A stretch of 64,000 nt of DNA from Antedon mediterranea (lineage: Eukaryota > Animalia > Echinodermata), in assembly GCF_964355755.1 (NCBI RefSeq), contig NC_092672.1, forward strand, positions 36,338,437 to 36,402,436. The letters are read 5' to 3'. Both the position numbers and the translations under genes were made by a program. Shown in pieces: positions 26,001 to 46,400 of this stretch (position 1 is its first letter; every line of letters starts with the position of its first letter). The notes beneath the pieces are model-generated. The model had not been told where the DNA came from, did not search any database, and saw only the letters and a program-made list of their open reading frames with translations.

Positions 26001-29000
26001 ATGTACAGTTAGTACTTACTAAATGTACAGTATTATCATTTTCTTATAAATCAATCTCGCATATAGTTTTGTTTACTATTTGTAATAAAATTATTAATAA
26101 TAATACATAACTGCAGTATGGTTTTGAAAATTATGAAATATTCATCGTTGATTTGAGATTAAAATCTGTATTCACATTGAATAAATTAAAATATAAAATG
26201 AATTTTTTTTAGTGAATCATTAATTATCCTAATTTGAAAGGGTCACAAAGGGGTAAAAACCCAAACTTAGTCATTATGTACTTTTGCAGGGAGGTGCATT
26301 ATAAAAACTGTGGACCAACAGGAGCACAGTTAACCTATATTGACATAGTACAGAACTTCAAAGCATACTGAACAATCATTTAGTGCTTATTTTGATATTA
26401 AGCCTATAAATAAATAAGTGATGCCCACACAATAGTGACAGAGAATTTATACCATGATGACCTTTGGACTAGTGACCTTACCTCGCCCAATGTAATATAC
26501 TGTAGCATACTGTCAAACCAACCAACCATGGAAACCAATTTCAAAACATTTTATGTGAAGGGGGTGGGGGAAGTGTGACGTTGTTAAACGTATATATTGC
26601 AATTATTAGTTGCAAGAAATAAAATGACAGACGACTATTACTCCTGACTGTGACGTCATACACACATATATTGGATATAGATTGATATGTGACATCTCCC
26701 TTTTTCTTAAATAACAACAATCGTAATAGATAGATATGTGACATCTCCTTTTTTCTTAAATATTAACAACAACAATAATCGTAATCAAAATATCAAACTC
26801 TTAATGAAACAATTAAACTATGATGATGAACATTTGGGTATAATAAAACATGAATATCTGGCAGAGAAATTATGAACAATGAGTCTTTTAAACATTATTT
26901 GTCCATGTTATTAAATCATCAAAACGTTAAGACACACTATTTCCCTTTGGTCTGGTGATGACTACCTCTTCCTTTTGAGGATCAGGTGTCCTCGGCGGAG
27001 TTTCGATAGGAGTTTCATCCACTTCCCCTTCAACATTAATATCTTCTTCATGTGATTGATTTAATTGTCGGCGATTGCGTCTATACACTTGTCCGTTTTG
27101 CGTAGCGACCATATATGAGATCAATGAGAGAGAGTGTAACTTTATTCCAAAGCATTCTGAGAACTCCCGACTGTGACGTCATACACACATATATTGGATA
27201 TAGATAGATATGTGACATCTCCCTTTTTCTTAAACATTAACAACAATCGTAATAGATAGATATGTGAAAGGAAGTATACAGTTTGATAATGTAGGGAAAT
27301 GTGTAAATGCATAGTATAATTGTAAAGCATCAAATACAATGTGCTCTGTGTGTGTGTAACTATTTCTGGATCCAAATCATACCTCTACACAAAATTATTC
27401 ATTATTTCCTTGACGCTATTGTTTATATATTCTTTTAATTCATTCATATTGTTTGTACTGTGCATACGGTACTGCATATTGTACTGTATATCCTTTAGGG
27501 AGTGGAACAGGAATAGTACAACCCTTGTGTTAGGCCAGGATTGAACTATGGACCTTGGGATTGGAAGGCAAGCTTGTTAACCACAAGATTCACTGTACTG
27601 GAGTAACTACTGTATCACCAGCTCCACACATGTACTGTACAGTACAGCAGATTTCCATCTATAGTATAATTACTTAACTTCTGTAGTTAAGATAAACTGA
27701 TAATAGTTCATACAATTCATTCGTCTAGTAAAAATGCACACTCTAATGTAATACCATGGACTTATACAGTAAATTAGAATTGTATAGATACATGCTAAAA
27801 TATAATACACTAACTCATGAAGAAATTGAATCGCAATTATGTTAAATCATATCAATTTAAGCAATACTATGCTCAACATGCTGAAAACAATTTTTAAAAT
27901 ATATAGTAGTACACCATGTAATGTACAGTACGGTATCATGTATTGTGTAACAGAAAATAAAATATAACTTAAGTCCCTACAAACAAGATACACTGACAAT
28001 ATTGAATTTACAAAGTGTTGTATACTGCATAAAGTGCATTTGCCTTAAATTATGATTGTGTAGACTGTGAAACAAATTTCACACTGTTTTATTAGTTGGT
28101 ACATACAGTATGATGATTTAAATGATCAACATTTGAAATGTTATTCAATGCAGAGTGTGATAGCTTTACTGTAGTACTGTAGATAGAGGTTAGTGACCCT
28201 CAGTATTTTGAGATACCTGTACCTACTGTACTCAATATACAGTAGATCATCTTCATTTTTTTTTAAATTAGGTCAAAATTAAAATTAAATTAAAATTATC
28301 AATAAATGAAAACAATAGGGCATATTGTCCCTAATTGCAGTAATGTCAATTTTTAACTTAGTTAATTTAATTAAGTTTAAATATGAATGAGCATACTGTA
28401 CAGTTTAATCAAAATTAAAATGTACCTAAATAAATTAAATATACTTATAGATAGAATAAAGTATTACATATACTATACTACTATAATTGAAGAAGGGGTT
28501 AAGGGTCAATACATTTATTCAGGAGGAGGAGGACCTTGTGTAATTATTTTTTTCGAATTGAATTATTTTAATAATTTGAGGTATAATTAATTATTGCATA
28601 GTTAGAATAAGACTTGTAATTGATTGATCTCTTACTTTCATCTGGTTGCGGAGCTGATAATATATCACTATGTTTCCGTTTTACCTCATCTACGTTATCT
28701 GCTATACGGTCGATGTTTTCACGTATCTCTTCCACCTGATCAACAAACGAAAGTTAAAGAATAAAAGCCATGCACACACAAAAACTAGAAGTGGGCTTTA
28801 AATTATCTGAATGATGTACAGTTAACATGACTGAGTGTAGAGTCCAGTACAAAGTACAGTGTTCCAAGAACCCAAAAAGTCACAGTTACAAAAATTAAAG
28901 ACATTGGTAGAAAATAACAGTCAAGATTTTTGTACAATATTTGTGAACTTTTTTATACAAAAACACTTGAAAAAAAAGAAAAAACAACAGATTTGTTAAT

Positions 29001-31183
29001 CAGCATACAATACTGTACTTTTTCCAAAGCTTTATAAATAGTATACTGTACATTCAGAAGTAAATGTGCACATCACATTTTTTTTGTCGCATGAAGTTTG
29101 ATAGTGTAGACAGAGCTTAATGTAAAGATGTTTGATTGATTTATCTACAGAAATAATTGTTCACCTTTTCAAAAAATTTATCCATGAAAGTTTCAGCGTC
29201 CATGTTGACAGCAACATCATCTGGGCCAAGTCCATCCTCCTCATCATCATCAGTCTAAATATGGAGTGTACTTTATTAATATGACGACAAGTGATTCATC
29301 AGTGATGAATAAAAATCATTAATATGCTAATTGAGTTTACAGTAAGCAACCTTTAAACACACAAGCAAGAATTATAATATAATTTTCGGTGAATAAATAG
29401 CAATTCTCAAATTTTGTGGAACCACTCGTTTTATAGTGACTATAAATAATACTCTGAATGCCTCATCATTGCATTCTGTCCTGTAATAAATGAGAATAAT
29501 GATTATAACATATAACATTAATTTAAAAACAGAATTGCAGAAATTACTCTGAATTAATTAATTTCTGCAGTAAAATTTACTTTTTCTACTCCAGTTCTCA
29601 GTTCAATATTACAGATATAAGATTCTTAATTAATTATTTCGTCCCTGTTTAAATGAGTAATAAAAATATCACCATGGTTAGGATTCCGGCACCGGAACTC
29701 AACTGCCCAGCGTTAGGGAATCCGACACGCAATTGCGCATGCCCAGAGCGAGGTAATCGGCGATCGACTCTATTTTTGTCTACAACAGACTAAAGCGTGG
29801 TTCCCACTAGCGACACAACACAAGGACGTAACGCAACGCAAGTGAATTGAACAATCACAAGCGATGGCTTATTCGCTTGTGATTGCTAACTGTCTATAAC
29901 TTCGCTTGTCATTGGTTAAAACGCTTGCGTTGCGTTTATGTCCTTGCGTTACGTTCTAGTGGGAACCAAGCTTTACTGTACGTAAGCGATGGATCATTTT
30001 AATAGCTGCACTACGGCGAACTAGCCGGCCTACATGCCTACTAATACTACTAGCCCTACCAGCTAGATGTGACCATTGGGCCTATTTATTTCGTAATTAA
30101 AAAAGTCGTTGCTTCATTCATATATAAACTTTATATAATTATGAATTATAATTACATGACTAGGCCTAGTTTTAATTTTTATGATTTTTCAAGTACAAAA
30201 TAAAAGATTTCATATAACGCATTTATATTTTATACTGCACATAACATCATGCAATCGTATACAAGTTGATTTGTTGACAGCAGCCGCCGTGCAGATGTGA
30301 AAAAAAAAATTGTTCAGGAGAAGTCGGGGTCGCAACGCTACGCTATTCATTTTCGTACATTTCTTGAAATACGCAAGCTGATTCTTATCAATATCATAAT
30401 AATTATTTTAACGCGTGGCGTAATTATTAATTCATGTATGGCCTAGGCCAAGTTTCATCCATCGCTCTCTCCCCCGCACGACGACTAACTAGGCCACAGC
30501 AAAGATAGTGACACAGTATCTTTGGCTACACAGTACATCCCTAGTTAACACTCCGACTCTCGGGTAATGTGGTGCGCGGTCTGTGGCACTAGTGCAAGCT
30601 ATAATTACTTCTCTCTGGGCATGCGCAATAGCGTGTCGGATTCCCTAACGGTGGGAAGTTGAGTTCCGGTGCCGGAATCCTAACCACGGCGTAAAAATAT
30701 TATTAATGTCAATGACACGTCTATTTTCTAACGCTGACATTTTATTTAATAAAAAATAAACAATTATTATTTGTATACATTGTATTAATAATTTAATTTA
30801 CATGCAGTCCATCCATCCCACATTGGCTACACTACTACGGTGGTATGAATGCATGGCGCAGTTTGAATTACAATACATCACAAAAATACGGGGAAATATG
30901 GTCGGCATATTGGGTAGACCTGAAATTAAAGTTCACATGAACCTGCTGATAAAATGTACAGTAATAAGCAACAAGGGGATTAGCTATGCTCTGATTGTCT
31001 AGGATTGACAGTCTCCCAGTCCTACACACAAGCAGAGGGAGCCCAGCCAGGCCAAGAATAAACAAGATTCGGCAGCAGCAGCAGCAGTGCGAGTAGAAAA
31101 GCAGGCTTACGATCGATGAATTTCTATTTTTATAACAGATGATATCCACTTACCCTTTTCAATGATCCTAATCTATCCCTCAT
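9214..31183 (-). CDS. STX1A: Syntaxin-1/2/3 family plasma-membrane Qa-SNARE (about 290-293 aa depending on isoform)
   Basis: Constitutive exons, all GT-AG with matching phase: 31154-31183 ([10 protein letters not shown]), 29165-29254 ([30 protein letters not shown]), 28636-28735 ([33 protein letters not shown]), 22951-23025, 21642-21709, 20973-21081 ([36 protein letters not shown]), 18094-18167 ([25 protein letters not shown]), 16873-17010 ([46 protein letters not shown]). Then one of three exon-9 variants and one of three last exons. Motifs are diagnostic of syntaxin-1; as an invertebrate gene it is probably co-orthologous to several vertebrate paralogues. Confidence 0.96.
10623..10700 (-). 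CDS. STX1A: Syntaxin alternative last exon T2 (transmembrane anchor)
   Basis: atctttacag|AAA AAA ATT ATG...: [25 protein letters not shown], phase 0, 78 nt including TAA. Confidence 0.85.
   Translation of the reverse strand, partial: KKIMMILACVALIGIVGVIIMSKVA
10963..11049 (-). CDS. STX1A: Syntaxin alternative last exon T1 (transmembrane anchor with CC motif)
   Basis: Long polypyrimidine tract then gcag|AAA AAA ATT ATG...: [28 protein letters not shown]; KKIMII.CC resembles the vertebrate STX1A juxtamembrane/TMD start. Confidence 0.88.
   Translation of the reverse strand, partial: KKIMIILCCGVLFVIIAILIIILVPSPS
13400..13539. mobile_element. PIF/Harbinger-like MITE family A (TIR AGCTCTGTCTACACTATCAAACT)
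   Basis: About 23-bp TIRs, 140-180 bp long, T(A/T)A-type flanks in most copies. Other copies: 17153-17284, about 21363-21470 (partial), about 29060-29117 (partial), about 34618-34752, 41103-41262, 42027-42204, about 43583-43680 (partial), about 45968-46454 (interrupted), 50087-50227, 51455-51616, 52828-52987. Superfamily inferred from termini and flanks only. Confidence 0.85.
14864..14974 (-). CDS. STX1A: Syntaxin exon 9c (SNARE motif C-half, variant 3)
   Basis: ggtag|GGC...AAG|gtaggt, 111 nt, phase 0-0: [37 protein letters not shown]. Confidence 0.92.
15073..15183 (-). CDS. STX1A: Syntaxin exon 9b (SNARE motif C-half, variant 2)
   Basis: catag|GGT...CGG|gtaagt, 111 nt, phase 0-0: [37 protein letters not shown]. 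Confidence 0.92.
15310..15420 (-). CDS. STX1A: Syntaxin exon 9a (SNARE motif C-half, divergent variant 1)
   Basis: gttag|GGC...AAG|gtaagg, 111 nt, phase 0-0: [37 protein letters not shown]; no stops or indels; heptad hydrophobic positions retained. Confidence 0.88.
17657..17974 (-). mobile_element. tRNA-derived SINE with Deu/Nin-like central domain
   Basis: Minus strand shows box A TGGCCGAGTGG, box B GGTTCGAGGC, body GGATAAGGACTATAAACCGTAGGTCC...GAGTAGGGGGTTACCCCGGTGT (resembles the Deu domain as recalled) and an (AAAC)n tail. Confidence 0.8.
18203..18472 (-). mobile_element. Second, 5'-truncated copy of the same SINE
   Basis: 18314-18470 closely matches 17756-17907; (AAAT)n tail near 18203-18216. 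Confidence 0.8.
19471..20005. repeat. (ATG)n microsatellite with ACAAATTACTGCTA spacers and internal inversions
   Basis: Direct inspection; pure (GAT)n run at about 19936-20003. Confidence 0.9.
20370..20955. repeat. About 120-bp tandem repeat built from AAAGGGAC subunits (about 4.5 copies)
   Basis: GCTGACACAATTAAAG...TTTGATTTACCA...TTTTGAAATTAAAGGGACAGATCAATTAAATAT recurs at about 20404, 20539, 20672 and 20801. Confidence 0.85.
22594..22925. repeat. About 130-135-bp tandem repeat (2.4 copies) next to the syntaxin exon 4 donor
   Basis: ACCTGGATAAAC(C/T)GACATTAGCCCTTCTCT at about 22597, 22732 and 22862. Confidence 0.85.
25761..26102. repeat. About 165-bp tandem duplication
   Basis: ATTTGTTAGCAAATCAACATAATACTTTTTTCCTTTTAATTATACTGTA occurs at 25761 and 25928, with matching downstream sequence. 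Confidence 0.85.
26574..27270 (-). mobile_element. Gypsy/Ty3-type LTR retrotransposon remnant (integrase C-terminal tail, PPT, about 120-bp 3' LTR)
   Basis: ORF 26927-27124 contains [19 protein letters not shown], the typical post-integrase motif of Gypsy elements; polypurine tract AAGAAAAAGGGAGA abuts TGTCACA; putative LTR 26574-26694 reads TGT...ACA. Confidence 0.75.
29670..30691. mobile_element. Non-autonomous Mutator-like (MULE) DNA transposon, about 80-bp TIRs, 9-bp TSD
   Basis: TIR C(A/G)CC(A/G)TGGTTAGGATTCCGGCACCGGAACTCAACT...GCGCATGCCCAGAG at both ends; TAAAAATAT repeated at 29661-29669 and 30692-30700. Confidence 0.88.
29794..29972. mobile_element. Harbinger-like MITE family B nested in the MULE element
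   Basis: AGCGTGGTTCCCACTAG ... CTAGTGGGAACCAAGCT with long imperfect palindromic arms; TAA/TTA flanks; degenerate relative at about 42210-42325. Confidence 0.8.
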
Positions 31184-32309
31184 TTTAAATTTCTATATGT
31201 TTTAAGCTACTGGAAAAGATGATTATAATCCTAAAAATAAAGTAATAGTCCACTAAAAACAGGAATTACACGAATAAAGTTTGTCTTGTCAATTCTCAAT
31301 TTCCAATACAGGCGTCGCCCATCATCCGACAACCTTTGACCTGTTTAGTTAAGCGAACCAACTCGAATTTAGAATGAGTGGACCGTAGCCACACTATTTA
31401 GTTTTTACTTTTCCACAAATTATTTGAATTTTAATTTCAAAAATTACAATGTCATTAAATAAATATCTCGTTTAATAAACATTACATTTAAAATATAAAG
31501 TGTATCAAAGTATTTTATTAAGTCTAATAAAGCTGTTGTTGTTATTATTAATTAGTAAAATATGTAACTATTCTTTTCAATGCCTATTTCCTCTTGAAAT
31601 TTCTGAAAAATCTTTCATCCCCCAAAATTCACGCGGGACAAAAACGACACAGCACAGCAGCCTGAGCTCAATTTCAATAATACAGGTGAAAATATGTTCC
31701 TAGTACCATTTTTAGGTGCACTATCTCATGTAGCAGCTTAGTTTAAAGCTTTTAATTTAAATATTAGTAATGACATTTTCATTTTTATTTCAATCATCTT
31801 GTTTGTGCTGAATATGAAACTTGAAATTGAATGAATAATGTGCTGAACTTGAATGTTCCGGTTCTAGCAAGTTGATCTTTTCAAATTTCATCATTTCAAT
31901 CTAAAAGAATCTACTTGATCCAACATACTTGCTTTATATTCTTGACTGTCTGTTATTAACGAATATTCAAGTAAACCACATTTAATTGTATTTCTGGTTT
32001 CTTTTTAGGTTAGTAACGTTTACGCATTGTTTATCAATCTTGCCCTAAAGTCACTATTACTTGGTTACTCAATCTTCTTCATGTTTAATAAACAATACAT
32101 TTAAAATAAAAAGTGTATCATTCATAGTATTTTATTAAGTCTAATAAAGCTGTTGTGATTATATCTCGGATTATATTGAGCAAAAAATCTTCTGGGTTAA
32201 CATTTTCTATTTGGATGATTTTCTTTTCTTTTAGCACAATCATTTTATGCCTCATTTTACAATTTACCATTCAATGCAAAAAAGTATTCACAAATCTTTA
32301 TGTTGAATA

Positions 32310-33628
32310 CAGGGCTCGAAATTTACTTTTTTTTCGACTAGCAAACTTTGCTAGTTGTAAAAAAATTAACTAGCAAAATCAGCAGCATAACTAGCAATCA
32401 CAATTTTTTTTCGGTAAAATAGTTAAATTCTACACAAATCTGAATTTATTTAGGTGTAGACCTAGACCTAGCTTTTAGGTGTAGGCCTAGCTGCTAGGCA
32501 AAGCTGTAGTAGTAGTAGTACCCTTTTTAGCCAAATTAAAAAAAGATCAAGACATGCTTTCATGCTAGCCAAATCAAGGGCGTTTCGGCCTATGGACGAT
32601 TCGTCCCGAGACGTTTCGGCCCACTTTTTTTTAGGTCGAAACTTTTAAAATTTGAAGCGGAACAAAATTGACTAGCCTAGGCCTATGTATAAAATATTAT
32701 TGCCGATGACAAAACTGAGTTTTATATTGTTTATATATCCAGACGTAATTAAAACATTAAATTTAATTGCCACCGAGCGAAATTGGTAGGCCCTAACTAC
32801 TAATCCGTCCCAAGCTACGCCCGCCTCACTCCGCCGTCTCTCGCGCTCCACTCGTCTCTATCCAGGAAATTCCCTATCGCACGAGAGGCATGATGTTGGA
32901 ATAATAGTGGGCTGATCAATAGTTTGAAAACAGCTTACGGCATTTCTTAAGTGAATTTTTATTCAACGTATTCTTCTTTGATGAATCCTTTGCTCATTGC
33001 TATGTAAAATCAGTAATTAAAGTTGTGATGCGAAAGTGTGTGTAATTTAATTCCACAGGTAAACAATATAGGCGTAAGAAAATCCATCGCACAAACAACA
33101 GGACCTCGTGGTGTGCCGAGGAGACGTTCTTCTCCAAAATTGGAAGAGTCCATTAAGTGGGGGGTATTTACTATTTGCGAATCTATTAAATACGCGCTTC
33201 GACCACTGTGTAGGCAAAATATTTATTTCGTTAAATCCCTAAATTGATAATCGCGTATTCTGTAATCAGGTGACTGATGATGTAATCCTTAGCGACGTAC
33301 TAAATGCACATGCTTTTGTGTTGGGGAAAAGCTTGCTGTTAATATAATGCACATCGTTAACAACTATGCTACCACATGATTCACGGTGCTATTAGCGTTT
33401 CCTTGACGTAAATTGGCGGCGTGTAAATGAAACAATTGTTTTCACCAAATTGGTTCCTATTAGCCGTTGTCGACATAGCGATTGGCGGCTAGCGTGGCTA
33501 AGCTAAAAAGTACGTATTTTTTCAAAAATTACACTAGCAAACATTTGCTAGTTATGAAATTTTCAACTAGCAATTATCAAGAATCTACTAGCAAAATGCT
33601 AGTTTGCTAGCGTGAATTTCGAGCCCTG
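32310..33628. mobile_element. Non-autonomous hAT-like element, 14-bp TIR, 5-bp TSD
   Basis: CAGGGCTCGAAATT ... AATTTCGAGCCCTG; GAATA on both sides (32305-32309, 33629-33633); subterminal CTAGCAA repeats; no transposase ORF. Confidence 0.85.
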
Positions 33629-34444
33629 GAATATTATTTTATTTATTTTATTTTATTTTATTCAGTTGTCAACCAACAGCGATGAAACCGCCACTAACAG
33701 GTTGAATCTAAACATAATAAATATAAAATGTATTCATATAAACAACACAAACATAAACAAAGATCACAACATTAAAGAGATTTAACAATTTTACCCTTAA
33801 ATACATTTAAACTATCATAAAATAAATCAATATCCAAACAAGTAACCTATTAAATGTGTTAGGTAACCGCTGAAAGATACCTTGTTTTGTGCATTCAACA
33901 TGACCACAAGGAACGTGAAGCAAACACTTGCTGAATATGAAAGTTTGTGATCGAATACGCCAATTGTCTTTTGAGTAAAATACAATACATACATGGTTTT
34001 AGACAAGCTTGACTCGCTTAGTTTCCTCGGTTAGAGGTATTTATTAACCAGTAATAAACCATTGGAACAGTTTACCAGCTGACGTTGTTAATTCTGAGAC
34101 CACTAACACCTTCAAGAATCGCATCGACACAATGTAGTTGATATGGGGTTAAAAAGGCACTCGCCTAAACTTTCCCATTATAACTAAACTAAACTTATTA
34201 ATTGTAATGTAAGCTATCTTGTGTTTTTGTTCGTAAAGGACCATTCACTTTCTGAAGCCTAAAATAAAAATGCAAGCCATCATGGTCTCTTCCAAGCGAG
34301 GCCTAGCTAAAGTATAACACAAGTGACGATTCAAAAATATCAAAAAAGGTTTACAAAATTGAGCCAAACAGTGGTCCAATATAATTAATACTATCAATAT
34401 ATTTTTATCTTATTTAATTACAGAAACTACACACACAACCAATC

Positions 34445-42464
<8,020 letters not shown>

Positions 42465-43441
42465 GAAGTAAAAACTAAACTCGCCTAAAATTGCTCCAAA
42501 GTATGGTGAAGAAAAAGACTTAAAACTGAAATCCGTGTTTCAAAAACAATTATACTACTAAGTTTCTACTATGTTGTTAACTGAGCTAGTTTATTTTTTT
42601 AAACTATATGTTTATTGCTTTGGTTGATGATAAATATCACAGGCAAATGTAATTTTGTAAATTATTATAAGGTCTATACTGGTTAATAGGTAATCTGTCA
42701 TACTGTATCTTATAGAAGGAATTAAGTTTGTATTTACAACCTTTTTTTAATAACTTAAACCATTTAACGGAGGAGCGGAGTTTAGAAGATTGTCAAAACT
42801 TTGTAAATTTGTAATGTTTTTCCCAATTACACCGAAATGCATGATTTTCTGTACGCTAATTATTACCTCATGAAATTTGGCAAACTTTGATTTGTGTAGA
42901 AAAAATAAAATCAGACTTTATCAAACGTAGTGAACATTTGGTACAAAGAGAAATAAGTGCACAACCAATGTTAAGAACGTTTAAATTGAGTAAGCTTTAT
43001 ACGGTTCCATTTTGGTAGACTAAGAAATATGTAACGCATGTTATTAATAAATGCTCTGGACCAGCTTATATTTGTATTTTCATTTATTTAAAAACAAAAA
43101 TAGTACATTAAAAAAAAAAAGGTACATTATGATTATTCATAAAAAGTAAATTAGAACTCCGATACATAGTCCATTGGTGTTTGATTAATATTGTAACATA
43201 ATATAGCAAAATAGAACAGCATTGTTTCAATAGATGGTGATTAATGGATTAGTATAATCTCTAATGGCTTGGATTAGTTGTACTTTATCAAATAAATGAA
43301 TGTAAATGGATAAACTTTTCTTTTAGTTTTATTTCCAGCATTTTTTAACCATTCCATATACAGTACTGCATAAGTATTATAACTACATAAAATAGTTGCG
43401 ATTTGCTTCACTCTGGGAAAAAAATAATGTTCGCTGCAATC

Positions 43442-46400
43442 TCAAAATTTACCAGCCCGCCTTCTACCAGTATATTTTGAATCTGGTCGCACGTCGCTAC
43501 AAAATAAAAACAACAGTAAATTTCAATAATACTGTACAGTATATAATTTTAAATAAATCATTATTTTCATTGTATGAGGATAAACCTCTGTCTACATTAT
43601 CAAACTAGTTTGACACAAAAAGTGTGATATTCCCAAATATGGTAGTGATATGACATCATCATGTCCATATATGAGCACAACATCATACCCTTTTCCTTGT
43701 CTTCGCCTCCTTTCCTTCTTTTCTTGTATCCAATCTTTACTTTTTTTTACTGACTTTCCCTTCATCTTTTTCCATCTGTTTCGTGAGTCACTGTATTTAG
43801 CTTGTGACTGGGCCGATTCCTCTGTACCTAAACCCTAATAAGTTTACAAAATAAAATGAAAGAATGAAGTACTTGGCAAAATATTGCACAGAATGGGCTT
43901 CGACTTATGTTAAAGATATATTGTCCCCCAAAAACATGAAAAATGAAGATTAATTAAATCATTCTTTGAATAGGTTATTTTGTAGTTTTAATCAAGTTAC
44001 GTTTGCATAAAAAAAAAAATTAAAAAAAATCATGTTTTCTCTTATAAAATGACAAAATAAATGGTTAAATTCAACCAAAAATTTGACTATTTTTTGCTTT
44101 AAATTACAGTTTTTCATGTAACTATTTTTTCAATCCAATTTTTGTTCAAAAGTGGATAACTAATATATGATATTAAAATGGCATATTCAACAACAAAAAT
44201 TGTAAAGAATATTTTTTCAGGGGGACAATACATCTTTAATAATTATTTTATTCAGTTATTAATGAACCGATTTTCTAGCATTTCAATTGGCATGTTCTGT
44301 AAAGTACATATTTACACCGAATGATAACTTGAAAATACTACACTTAGTCCCAACAACTAAAACTTGTTCAAACGAATGTTTCCAGACCAATGTTTCCAGA
44401 CCAATGTGTTGTTCTGTTACCGTTCTTGTAGCCATCTTCTTCTGAAGACACATGGCCGTCATTGAATTAAAATTTAAATAAAAAGGTTTCTTTATAATGA
44501 TTACCTTTGGAAGTTGTGTATTGACACCGCCAGTGAATAAACATAGGAACATTCTGTAACAAAGAAATCAAATTTGTCAACCAAGTTGTGCAACAAATGA
44601 AAAATGTTTCATTCTTTTGACCATATTATTTTATATATATTGTATATACTGTATATATGACCAAGTATAGTCCCATGGGCTTGGATATAACAACAATTAG
44701 GTGGTTTAGGTGATTTTTACACTAAAAAAAGTCTTTGGTAGTGGGGTTGTAATTTGTCATTACAAAAAATCCTGACATATGACAGGACTTAAACCCAGGA
44801 CTGGTAGCCAAGCATCATAACCACCAAGCCACAACTCTATATACATTCTCAACTGCCCAGCAATATAAATGTGAAACTTTTAATTGGTAGTGATACTAAC
44901 TTCTTTGCTTTTGTGCTGTTTGGGTAATCAACCACCAATCCTCCTGTAAAACCAGCCTTCATTGCTTGTGATGTGATTAACTCGAGCTGATCAGAATTCT
45001 CGGGGTAGAACTGAAAAACAGCCCTACTGCTACGCCTCTGAAAAAACACAAGTAACATGCTTTAAAATTTATTTATATGAGCACTTTAATTTCTATTATA
45101 TTGGATATTAAAATGAATCTGTATCTGTATTTTAATTAAATTAATGCTGTGATATTGAAAGTGACTTGAACTACACACTTTTGAGTATGAATACCACCTT
45201 ACAAAGGATCGTAATCATGAAAACAACTTAAAAGATTAATTAAATCAGACTTTGAATAGGTTATCTTGAAGTTTTAATCAAGTTAATCCCTTCTGTACAA
45301 AGAAAAAAAAAAAAAACGTTTTCTCATATAAAATGACATAAATTGTAAAATTCAACCAAAAACCCATTGGCTAGCAGCAAATTTGACTATTTTTATTTTA
45401 AATTAGTTTTTTCAGGTAAATACATTTTTTTTTTTCGATTTAATTTTTGTTAAAAGTGGACAACTATTACGTGACATTTAAATGGCATATTCAACAAAAC
45501 AAATGTTAGAAGATTATTTTTTCAGGGGACAATACATCTTTAAAAGCAGCTGGTTAAAGGTTAAAGGTTTGGTGAAACACTGGTCTCACCACCATGTGGA
45601 GAGTGTTCTGCTTATAATTAATAAAACAAAATGGACACCAAAATAAGTAAATATCTACAATTGTAATACTTACCAATGAAGCATAAAGAGTTGAGAAGAA
45701 TTTATATAATCTTTTTGGTGGATTGTGTGATTTCTTATCAGCATTACATAACCACTGTAATGCAGATATACTATGGAATAATTAAACAAAATTCAATTCA
45801 ACCAATTATTTTACAGTAATCACATGAAATAAACTCATACATTCTCTAACAAAGTGAGACCAATGGTTTTTTATTTGATGTCCACACACAAAATGTATAT
45901 CATTTAGGATATCTGTTTATGAGCCAATCAGATTAGCCGTTTGCCTGGTGTGTTGTGCCGGGGAAATAAACTTTATGCGACAACAAAATGTGATGTGCAC
46001 AATACGGATATTGGCTACCCATGGAGTCACGTGTTAAATTTAAGATCCTGCTGCTGGTGTTCCGATGCCTAAATAGCTCCAAAATATCTCTCAGAATTGT
46101 TGACAGTCAAGAAGGGAAAGCGAGAACTAAGATCTAGTCATCAGGTGCTACTGGACATTCCAAGGAGCAAACATAGTTGGGGAGATCAGACTTTCAGTGT
46201 TGCTGGACCTAGGCTCTGGAACCACCTACCCTTGAACATTAAACACACATCATTATTGAGTCACTTTAAGTCACTACTCAAAACTCGCTTTTTCTGATTT
46301 TTTACAGCGCCATGAGCAATAAATGTTGGAATGGCGCTATATAAATCGAACGATTGATTGATTGGATATGATGATTTCATATTACTACCATATTAGGGTA

